IMG/VR virus record: IMGVR_UViG_2778261231_000005
Source of the DNA: a virus
Lineage: Duplodnaviria > Heunggongvirae > Uroviricota > Caudoviricetes
Reading direction: 5' to 3' (one strand)
Length of the DNA stretch: 5,417 nucleotides
Shown: one piece after another, positions 1-5,417 of the stretch
How the letters are laid out: the number at the start of each line of letters is the position of its first letter
How positions within the stretch are numbered: the first letter of the stretch is position 1
The notes under the pieces: model-generated
The model's input: only the letters and a program-made list of their open reading frames with translations
Told to the model about the DNA's origin: nothing
Database searches by the model: none
Position numbers and translations under genes: made by a program

Positions 1-87
1 GTGGCATTTGAAGAGAAGTATGGCTCCCAGCTGGAGCTGATATTTCGTTTTATCGATCGTGCGCTGGCAATTGGCGTGCTGGCCTGA
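1..87 (+). CDS. 3' end of an upstream phage gene (partial; function unknown)
   Basis: Frame 1 is open from base 1 to TGA at 85..87 (VAFEEKYGSQLELIFRFIDRALAIGVLA*). It lies directly upstream of Q, where lambdoid phages carry nin-region genes. Too short to assign a product. Confidence 0.4.
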   Translation: MAFEEKYGSQLELIFRFIDRALAIGVLA

Positions 88-105
88 TTTTTGTGGAGTA
101 AGTTG

Positions 106-471
106 ATGCGTGATATTCAGATGGTTCTTGAGCGTTGGGGGGCATGGGCGGCGAGTGATAGTTCAGGCGTTGATTATTCACCTATAGCCGCTGGGTTTAA
201 GGGACTTCTTCCCTATACAAGCAAGAAACGCTTGGCTTGTTCGGATAGTGATGCCTTAATTATTGAAGGTTGTCTTGCTCGTCTAAAGCAAAAAAGGCCG
301 GACGAACATTCGCTTCTTGTTGCCCATTACCTATACGGTATCTCTAAAAGAAAGCTCGCCAAGGCTCGTAAAAAAGATGAGAAATTGATACGTATAGAAA
401 TACAGCTAGCCGAAGGATTTATTGATGGCTGCCTTTCCATGCTAGATCTAACATTAGATTTGGACGTTTAA
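106..471 (+). CDS. Q: Late-gene antitermination protein Q (short Q-like family, about 122 aa)
   Basis: The N-terminus MRDIQMVLERWGAWAA... and the IAAGFKGL and Cys-containing segments match my memory of short Q-like antiterminators of E. coli prophages (QuuD-like). I take ATG at 106 as the start because GGAG at 96..99 sits 6 nt upstream; the ORF track instead starts at TTG 91. Stop is TAA 469..471. Confidence 0.8.
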   Translation: MRDIQMVLERWGAWAASDSSGVDYSPIAAGFKGLLPYTSKKRLACSDSDALIIEGCLARLKQKRPDEHSLLVAHYLYGISKRKLAKARKKDEKLIRIEIQLAEGFIDGCLSMLDLTLDLDV

Positions 472-500
472 TAATACGCCCCTGCATGGGGCGTATTATT
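470..500. terminator. Perfect hairpin between convergent genes; candidate bidirectional intrinsic terminator
   Basis: The arm 470..482 (aataatacgcccc) pairs perfectly with 488..500 (ggggcgtattatt) around the 5-nt loop tgcat. The GC core cgcccc/ggggcg is followed by TATTATTT on the + strand and by TATTATTAAA on the - strand. The hairpin overlaps the stop codons of both Q (469..471) and the minus-strand NTPase (500..502). Confidence 0.45.
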
Positions 501-1831
501 TACTGGATGAATGACATTTGATTAATATATTTTATCAATAACTCTCTGGGTGTAGTACTCCAAAAATTTATGTGTTCATAATCAGTATAAACATTTGTGA
601 ATTTTTTAAGTTCTTCATCACTTTTAGGGGCAAATCGCTCATTAAGAGTAATACTGTCTTTAATTATTCCGAAGAATACAATGGATATTTCAGGGATTTG
701 CGATCTTCTCTCATAAGAATAAGGTATTTCTTTTATGTTAAGCAGGTCTGCTAAATAAGATATAGATTCAGCGGTAATTTCTTGTTTTAGTTTTTCCTTG
801 TTACCAAAGCAATGTATGAAGGCAGCTACGACAAAGATCATATTTATTAAAGGATTACTGCTTTTGTTCTCATCGTCGTTTAACAGTTGAAAAATGTTAA
901 GATTGCGTGAAAATGTTTGTGTTTCACGCAATGATAAGTTGGTTCGTTGAATTAAATCACGGATAAAGTAACCTGATAATCTATTGATTTTATTCAATAA
1001 CCTTGTTTTTTCTACAAGATAATCCCAATATATAACAGAGGCTTTACATACGTTGTGACCATTTATCAAACATGTATCTGGAAGCGTGATGGTATATTTT
1101 ATAAACTTGTCAAGATATTTTTGTGAGTTAATGCTATAACCATAAATATGATTTATAGATGCTTTTAATTGTTCTGTGTTTGTAACTAAAATAAAAAAGA
1201 CATTATTGATGTCAAAAATGTGTTTTATTGTTTCAATGACATTTGTTGAAAAACTCGGCTTACATCGGTCTAATTCATCAATTATAATTACGATTTTTTG
1301 ATTTTTTGATATACTTTCGATGCAGGATTTAAGTGAATTTATGTTTTTCTCTGAGTCCATATGGTCTTCAAGCAAATTTTCAATAGTCCCATCTATTGCT
1401 GCATTGCTTGCTTTCTTCATCGCATCTTGGAATTCTTCGGCAACTTCACTAGCCTCCTGTCGTAAAAACCAACCTGCACCAGCTTTTAGTACCGTTTTTA
1501 AACCAAAGCGAATTGCAGGAAGAGATCTCTTAATGAAGTGTTGTTTTTCTTCCTCAGGCAAAATGCTGGCAATTGCAGAGGTTATGAGAAGTAATGGAGA
1601 TTCTGCATGATCCCCTTTAAAGGCATCAATATAAACAACTTTAGATTCAGTTTCTTGCTCAATAATGAGATTTTTCAGTTTGATACTAAATTCTGTTTTC
1701 CCTGTTCCCCATGCGCCGTCTATTACCAGTGGTGAAATGTCTGCCTCTGGTTTTAGCAACTTGATGATATTTTCAGCGATGTTTCTTCGTTGGAACTCGT
1801 CACGTTCAGTGAAAGATAGTGTATCTAACAT
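500..1831 (-). CDS. KAP-family P-loop NTPase (443 aa); AT-rich cargo gene, candidate defence or abortive-infection protein
   Basis: Walker A GAWGTGKT (aa 39..46, nt 1694..1717) has the GxWGxGK[ST] form typical of KAP NTPases. Walker B IVIIIDELDR (aa 180..189, nt 1265..1294) has the hhhhDELDR form typical of the same family. Hydrophobic segments between the two motifs (LLLITSAIASILP, LPAIRFGLKTVLKAGAGWFL) fit the KAP insert. The ORF is long and uninterrupted, and its composition is clearly more AT-rich than the flanking phage genes. Confidence 0.8.
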   Translation of the reverse strand: MLDTLSFTERDEFQRRNIAENIIKLLKPEADISPLVIDGAWGTGKTEFSIKLKNLIIEQETESKVVYIDAFKGDHAESPLLLITSAIASILPEEEKQHFIKRSLPAIRFGLKTVLKAGAGWFLRQEASEVAEEFQDAMKKASNAAIDGTIENLLEDHMDSEKNINSLKSCIESISKNQKIVIIIDELDRCKPSFSTNVIETIKHIFDINNVFFILVTNTEQLKASINHIYGYSINSQKYLDKFIKYTITLPDTCLINGHNVCKASVIYWDYLVEKTRLLNKINRLSGYFIRDLIQRTNLSLRETQTFSRNLNIFQLLNDDENKSSNPLINMIFVVAAFIHCFGNKEKLKQEITAESISYLADLLNIKEIPYSYERRSQIPEISIVFFGIIKDSITLNERFAPKSDEELKKFTNVYTDYEHINFWSTTPRELLIKYINQMSFIQ

Positions 1832-1893
1832 AATATAAACCTATTAACTCCTACAGTAAAAAACGAATAATACGACTTTGGGATTAAAAATCA

Positions 1894-1922
1894 TTAACGC
1901 GGTCCGCAAAAATTCTTGTAAT
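1894..1922 (+). promoter_or_regulatory. Candidate sigma70 promoter, possibly the late promoter pR'
   Basis: -35 TTAACG (1894..1899), a 17-bp spacer, and -10 TGTAAT (1917..1922), placed about 35 bp upstream of the tR'-like terminator. Lambdoid phages place pR' and the Q-utilisation site between Q and the holin gene. This is motif matching by eye only. Confidence 0.2.
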
Positions 1923-1955
1923 CTGTTAAGAGTGGTTACTTCGCCACACAGCTTA

Positions 1956-1990
1956 AACCCGCCGTCGAGCGGGTTTTGTCGTTTTTGTTG
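1956..1990 (+). terminator. Rho-independent terminator, tR'-like (the late-operon terminator that Q overrides)
   Basis: Stem aacccgc (1956..1962) pairs with gcgggtt (1969..1975) around the loop cgtcga, followed by TTTTGTCGTTTTTGTTG. No + strand gene lies immediately upstream, so this would end a short leader RNA rather than an mRNA, as at lambda tR'. Confidence 0.55.
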
Positions 1991-2127
1991 CTGGGGATTC
2001 GTTGGGCCTGGCCTATCCCGCAGTTATCCATTGGTTCGGCTCTTTGACGTTTCCGCTTCTGATTTGCGGTACATGATGTTCCCTCATTTTGCACCTGCTG
2101 TATCAGCGAGGTGAGAGATAACTACAA

Positions 2128-2454
2128 ATGCCTCATAACCCAAATACCTGGTTGGAGTTGGTCCAGAGCTGGTGGCGTGGAGACACACCGCTGGGCGCAG
2201 TGATTATGTCGATTGTTATGGCTGGTTTACGTATTGCCTATTTTGGCGGTGGTGGGGGCTGGAAACGAAAAACACTCGAAATTCTACTCTGTGGCGCTCT
2301 GACGCTGACTTTTGCATCCGCTCTTGAGTATGTCGGATGGCCTAAATCACTTTCTGTTGCCATTGGTGGTGGTGTTGGGCTGATCGGTGTCGATGCTATT
2401 CGTGGGGCAGCAATGCGAGTAATCGGTAACAAATTTGGTAGCTCGAAGGAGTAA
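2128..2454 (+). CDS. S: Holin, lambda S-like (108 aa)
   Basis: Size and architecture resemble lambda S (107 aa): hydrophobic Gly-rich segments (GAVIMSIVMAGLRIAYFGGGGGW, LLCGALTLTFASALEYVGW, VAIGGGVGLIGV) and a charged C-terminal tail. It lies immediately upstream of the endolysin. SD-like GAGGTGAG sits at 2108..2115. The start codon is uncertain. Confidence 0.8.
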   Translation: MPHNPNTWLELVQSWWRGDTPLGAVIMSIVMAGLRIAYFGGGGGWKRKTLEILLCGALTLTFASALEYVGWPKSLSVAIGGGVGLIGVDAIRGAAMRVIGNKFGSSKE

Positions 2455-2457
2455 TTT

Positions 2458-2934
2458 ATGCAGGCACTAAATTCCCAGCGTAAAGCTTTCCTTGATATGG
2501 TGGCATGGTCAGAAGGAACGGATAACGGGCGACAACCGACACGTAACCACGGTTATGACGTTATTGTTGGTGGTGAACTGTTTACTGATTACTCCGATCA
2601 TCCTCGCAAACTTGTCACGCTAAACTCCAAACTCAAATCAACAGCCGCCGGACGTTACCAGCTTCTTTCACGTTGGTGGGATGCTTACCGTAAACAGCTT
2701 GGTTTGAAAGACTTCTCCCCCAAAAGCCAGGACGCTGTGGCATTGCAGCAGATTAAAGAACGTGGCGCTTTACCGATGATTGATCGTGGTGATATTCGTC
2801 AGGCTATCGACCGTTGCAGCAATATCTGGGCTTCGTTGCCGGGCGCTGGTTACGGTCAGTATGAACATAAAATTGGTGACCTGATTGCCAGGTTTAAAGA
2901 GGTTGGCGGGGTGGTAAATGAAGTTGAGCTATAA
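2458..2934 (+). CDS. R: Endolysin, lambda R-type lytic transglycosylase (158 aa)
   Basis: The translation is near-identical over long stretches to lambda R as I recall it (QRKAFLDM.AWSEGTDNGRQ.TRNHGYDVIVGGELFTDYSDHPRKLVTLN.KLKST.AGRYQLLSRWWDAYRKQLGLKDFSPKSQDAVALQQIKERGALPMIDRGDIRQAIDRCSNIWASLPGAGYGQ). AAGGAG at 2446..2451 sits 6 nt before the ATG. Confidence 0.95.
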   Translation: MQALNSQRKAFLDMVAWSEGTDNGRQPTRNHGYDVIVGGELFTDYSDHPRKLVTLNSKLKSTAAGRYQLLSRWWDAYRKQLGLKDFSPKSQDAVALQQIKERGALPMIDRGDIRQAIDRCSNIWASLPGAGYGQYEHKIGDLIARFKEVGGVVNEVEL

Positions 2935-3379
2935 GCTAGTTATCGCTGCTTTCTTCGTTACTATTATTGGTTCTTTCATCTGGTCAGCGAATCATTACCA
3001 CAATCAAGCCATTGAATACAAAAAGCAGCGCGACGAAAACGCTATGGCATTACATTCGGCTATGGCGACGATCTCTGATATGCAGAAGCGTCAACGTGAC
3101 GTAGCTGAACTTGACGCCAGATACACAAAGGAGCTTGCTGATGCTAACACGACTCTCGAAAGTCTCCGTACTGATGTCTCTGCTGGTCGTAAGCGCTTGC
3201 AAATCGCCGCCACCTGTGCAAAGTCAACGACCGGAGCCAGCGGCATGGGCTATGGAGAAAGTCCAAGACTTACAGCTGATGCTGAACTCAATTATTACCG
3301 CCTCCGAAGTGGGATCGACAAGATAACTGCACAGGTTAACTATTTGCAGGAGTACATCAAGACACAGTGCCAGAAATGA
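2918..3379 (+). CDS. Rz: Rz, inner-membrane spanin subunit (i-spanin, 153 aa)
   Basis: N-terminal transmembrane segment (LVIAAFFVTIIGSFIWSANHY) followed by a region closely resembling lambda Rz (QRDVAELDARYTKELADA..., AGRKRL, SPRLTADAE). Its start overlaps the end of R by 17 nt. Confidence 0.85.
   Translation: MKLSYKLVIAAFFVTIIGSFIWSANHYHNQAIEYKKQRDENAMALHSAMATISDMQKRQRDVAELDARYTKELADANTTLESLRTDVSAGRKRLQIAATCAKSTTGASGMGYGESPRLTADAELNYYRLRSGIDKITAQVNYLQEYIKTQCQK
3141..3326 (+). CDS. Rz1: Rz1, outer-membrane lipoprotein spanin subunit (o-spanin, 61 aa), embedded in the +1 frame of Rz
   Basis: ATG at 3141 is preceded by AAAGGAG (3127..3133). The product MLTRLSKVSVLMSLLVVSAC... has a lipoprotein signal with lipobox VSAC, then a Pro-rich stretch (KSPPPVQSQRPEPAAW) like lambda Rz1. 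The ORF track starts it at TTG 3111. Confidence 0.75.
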   Translation: MLTRLSKVSVLMSLLVVSACKSPPPVQSQRPEPAAWAMEKVQDLQLMLNSIITASEVGSTR

Positions 3380-3387
3380 ATCTATAG

Positions 3388-3415
3388 ATGACACTCCACG
3401 TTCGTATAAGATAAT
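3388..3415 (+). promoter_or_regulatory. Candidate sigma70 promoter for the 287-aa cargo gene
   Basis: -35 ATGACA (3388..3393), a 16-bp spacer, and -10 GATAAT (3410..3415), in the AT-rich gap between the Rz stop and the next ORF. This is motif matching by eye only. Confidence 0.25.
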
Positions 3416-3451
3416 GCTAAATTACTATTAGCTTAATCACAGGAGACGGAC

Positions 3452-4315
3452 ATGGAAAGAGGTGTGGTATTTAGTGCATGCGAATTACTTAAAACCGAGG
3501 ATGGAAAAGGCATCCGTACAGGTAAATGGATTAGTCAATTAGAAATAAACTATCTATGTCTTTATTGGGATAAACTAGTTTCACCCACTAATAATATTAT
3601 ACATACAGCATTAAATAACGAGGATGAATTAGAAAAATGTGGATTGCTAACCAGACCTGTATATAGACATCATGGTTGTTTTGATGGCCAATATATGGCT
3701 GATTTTTATGCTGAAACTCATGCCAAAACAATAGATATACTTAGGCATGCGGATTCTTCTGTCGATTGGCGCATGCATTTTTTAAGTGACCAAATAAACT
3801 TGGTGCCTGAATTATCTAGAACCTCAGAAGTGATACGTTTTGAGCTAGAAAATTTATTACCCGTTCCCACAGAAGATGTGCACCTACATGATATTCTTGA
3901 TTTCAAGGAAAGAAGAAAACCTGAATTAATCGCTTTACATGAATATCTTGATGAGCTTTACTTGGAAATAAAACGTTCTGGTGATATCAATCTTCAGAAA
4001 GCAAAAGCTCTTTCTAATCTTAAACAAGCAATAAAGGATATTGAACGCTTAAATTGTGAAGTGTGGAAAAGTCCAATAAAATTTAGCATCTCTACTTCCT
4101 TTGAGTTCGATTTTTCACAAATATTTAGTCTGGCGGGAACTGTTTTATCTATGTCAGTAGATTATCCTTATAATGTTATTGGAGGGGTAAGTAGTTTTGC
4201 TTATTTTTTGGGAGGATGCATAAAAATAAAGCCACAATTTCAACAAGTGTTATCATTAGGTAATGATAAATTAGTTTACATAAGCAAAGGAAAATCGGAG
4301 GGTATTATTTCCTGA
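3452..4315 (+). CDS. Hypothetical protein (287 aa), AT-rich cargo gene of unknown function
   Basis: Long open frame with a strong SD (AGGAG 3441..3445, 6 nt before ATG 3452). Composition is clearly more AT-rich than the flanking lysis and packaging genes. No catalytic motif recognised. The C-terminal part (about aa 224..257, nt 4121..4222) is moderately hydrophobic (IFSLAGTVLSMSV, VIGGVSSFAYFLGGCI). Confidence 0.7.
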   Translation: MERGVVFSACELLKTEDGKGIRTGKWISQLEINYLCLYWDKLVSPTNNIIHTALNNEDELEKCGLLTRPVYRHHGCFDGQYMADFYAETHAKTIDILRHADSSVDWRMHFLSDQINLVPELSRTSEVIRFELENLLPVPTEDVHLHDILDFKERRKPELIALHEYLDELYLEIKRSGDINLQKAKALSNLKQAIKDIERLNCEVWKSPIKFSISTSFEFDFSQIFSLAGTVLSMSVDYPYNVIGGVSSFAYFLGGCIKIKPQFQQVLSLGNDKLVYISKGKSEGIIS

Positions 4316-4391
4316 TTTTTGATTCTCATAATCAATGAATGTTTTTTGTGAATATACTTATTTTAACCCTATAAATAATCAAGGTAATAAA

Positions 4392-4742
4392 GTGCCTCCT
4401 CGTATCCCGAAAGCCTGCCGTGCTCGAGGTTGCCGTAATACCACCACAGACCCGTCAGGCTACTGCGAAAGCCACAAAAGCGAAGGCTGGAAGCAATACA
4501 AGCCAGGCCAGTCCCGACACCAGCGCGGTTATGGTGCGAAATGGGATGTTATCCGTGAACGTGTGCTCAAGCGTGACAAAGGCCTGTGTCAGTTGTGTTT
4601 GCGTGCCGGTGTGGTGCGCGAGGCGAAAACCGTTGACCACATCATCCCTAAAGCACATGGCGGCACTGATGCCGACAGCAATCTGCAGAGCCTGTGCTGG
4701 CCGTGTCATAAGGCGAAGACGGCCCGTGAACGGTTGAAGTAA
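4392..4742 (+). CDS. HNH endonuclease (phage packaging-associated HNH)
   Basis: HNH core VDHIIPKAHGGTDADSNLQSLCWPCHKAKT plus upstream Cys pairs (C..C.....C..H). It sits immediately upstream of the terminase small subunit, as in HK97-like packaging modules. I prefer GTG 4392 as the start (AAGG 7 nt upstream, and the composition shift occurs here); the ORF track alternative is ATG 4335, which has no SD and lies in AT-rich sequence. Confidence 0.8.
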   Translation: MPPRIPKACRARGCRNTTTDPSGYCESHKSEGWKQYKPGQSRHQRGYGAKWDVIRERVLKRDKGLCQLCLRAGVVREAKTVDHIIPKAHGGTDADSNLQSLCWPCHKAKTARERLK

Positions 4743-4761
4743 GAACCAGTTCCTACTGCCA

Positions 4762-4830
4762 GAGGGGAGGGGCGGGTCAAATCCCTGTGACCTGACGTCT
4801 TCCGGACTGCCCGCCCCATCGTTTTTTTAT
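4762..4830 (+). terminator. GC-rich inverted repeat followed by a T7 run; candidate intrinsic terminator and/or part of the cos region
   Basis: ggggcggg (4769..4776) is the exact reverse complement of cccgcccc (4810..4817), separated by a 33-nt loop and followed by a TTTTTTT run (4822..4828). It lies in the HNH to terS intergenic region, where HK97-like phages place cos. Confidence 0.3.
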
Positions 4831-4867
4831 ACCCGCGAAAAATGAAATTTAACCAGGAGTGCCGCAT

Positions 4868-5362
4868 ATGGCTGGAACGGCGGGGCGTTCCGGGCGTCGC
4901 CCCAAGCCAACGGCGCGCAAGGCGCTGGCCGGAAACCCCGGCAAGCGAGCCCTGAACAAAGATGAACCTGTTTTTACGCCCATCAAAGGTGTTGAGCCAC
5001 CGGAGTGGTTCGCTGAAGAAGATCTCCCTCTCGCCACGATCATGTGGCAACTGACAACCAAAGAACTCTGCGGTCAGGGCTTGCTGTGCGTGACTGACCT
5101 GGCGGTACTTGAGCGGTGGTGCGTGGCCTATGAGTTCTGGCGACGTGCCGTGAAAAATATTGCCAGACAGGGCAACACCATCACCGGTGCAATGGGCGGT
5201 ATGGTCAAAAATCCGGAGCTGACCGCCAAAAAAGAACAGGAGTCCGAGATGAGCAGTACGGGGGCAATGCTCGGACTCGACCCCAGCAGCCGCCAGCGTC
5301 TGATTGGCCTGGCGGGGAAGAAGAAAGCCACTAACCCGTTTCTGAAAATCATCGAATCATGA
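4868..5362 (+). CDS. Terminase small subunit, P27 family
   Basis: The N-terminal basic region with the ALAGNPGKRALN motif is the signature I associate with P27-family small terminases. AGGAG (4855..4859) sits 8 nt before ATG 4868; the ORF track starts at GTG 4859. The stop TGA 5360..5362 overlaps the next ATG. Confidence 0.85.
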   Translation: MAGTAGRSGRRPKPTARKALAGNPGKRALNKDEPVFTPIKGVEPPEWFAEEDLPLATIMWQLTTKELCGQGLLCVTDLAVLERWCVAYEFWRRAVKNIARQGNTITGAMGGMVKNPELTAKKEQESEMSSTGAMLGLDPSSRQRLIGLAGKKKATNPFLKIIES

Positions 5363-5417
5363 GCCGGAAATCTTACCCCAACGTAAATGCTGCCAATCAG
5401 TATGCCCGGGATGTCGT
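5359..5417 (+). CDS. Terminase large subunit, 5' end (partial)
   Basis: ATG at 5359..5361 overlaps the terS stop (ATGA), a typical translational-coupling junction. The frame is open to the window edge (MSRKSYPNVNAANQYARDV...). The product is assigned from gene order only. Confidence 0.5.
   Translation, partial: MSRKSYPNVNAANQYARDV

Noticed and set aside
91-105. TTG start at 91 for Q, and likewise TTG 3111 for Rz1 and GTG 4859 for terS
   Set aside because: In each case a downstream in-frame ATG has a properly spaced Shine-Dalgarno and gives an N-terminus matching the family, so the track extensions are probably artefacts. The HNH start (4335 versus 4392) is left uncertain.
572-754. 60-aa + strand ORF inside the NTPase gene
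   Set aside because: It is antisense to a long, motif-bearing CDS and its product is a low-complexity AT-codon peptide. No SD was seen.
1320-1610. 96-aa + strand ORF inside the NTPase gene
   Set aside because: It is antisense to the NTPase CDS and has no recognisable motif; most likely a chance open frame.
472-1900. Possibility that the Q to S cargo is a toxin (Stx-like), a tRNA or a CRISPR array
   Set aside because: I saw no tRNA-like structure, no repeat-spacer array and no A/B toxin gene pair. The only gene is the single KAP NTPase on the opposite strand.
1878-2114. 78-aa + strand ORF in the Q to S regulatory interval
   Set aside because: It spans the intrinsic terminator at 1956..1990 and the candidate promoter, has no SD, and its product is Cys/Pro/Ser-rich and unlike any lysis or regulatory protein I know. 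Treated as non-coding regulatory sequence.
2238-2432. 64-aa minus-strand ORF with a poly-Pro run
   Set aside because: It is the antisense reading of the Gly-rich holin segment (GGGGGW), so it is a frame artefact.
3718-3906. 62-aa minus-strand ORF inside the 287-aa gene
   Set aside because: It is antisense to a longer ORF that has a strong SD; no support of its own.
500-4315. KAP NTPase and the 287-aa protein acting as one two-gene operon
   Set aside because: They are on opposite strands and separated by the whole lysis cassette. Any functional link would need co-occurrence data.
4420-5061. Four alternative-frame ORFs (4420..4737 +, 4455..4709 -, 4706..5050 -, 4849..5061 -) overlapping HNH and terS
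   Set aside because: They overlap CDSs with clear HNH and P27-terminase signatures, and GC-rich sequence tends to produce long spurious frames.
5128-5352. 74-aa minus-strand ORF inside terS
   Set aside because: It is antisense to the terminase small subunit gene and has no motif.

Overview
This window reads as the late-gene region of a lambdoid prophage from an enterobacterial host, with all phage genes on the + strand: the 3' end of an upstream gene, a Q-family late antiterminator, a lambda-like lysis cassette (holin S, endolysin R, Rz with embedded Rz1), an HNH endonuclease, a P27-family terminase small subunit and the first codons of the terminase large subunit. Two visibly AT-rich cargo islands interrupt this backbone. 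The first (about 470..1900) carries a 443-aa KAP-family P-loop NTPase on the minus strand, inserted between Q and the late promoter/terminator region. The second (about 3380..4391) carries a 287-aa protein with no motif I can recognise, inserted between the spanin genes and the HNH/terminase packaging module. Both sit at classic moron positions and are the best candidates here for an undescribed accessory or anti-phage function; the NTPase is the stronger lead. All assignments rest on reading the translations and motifs by eye; no database search was run.
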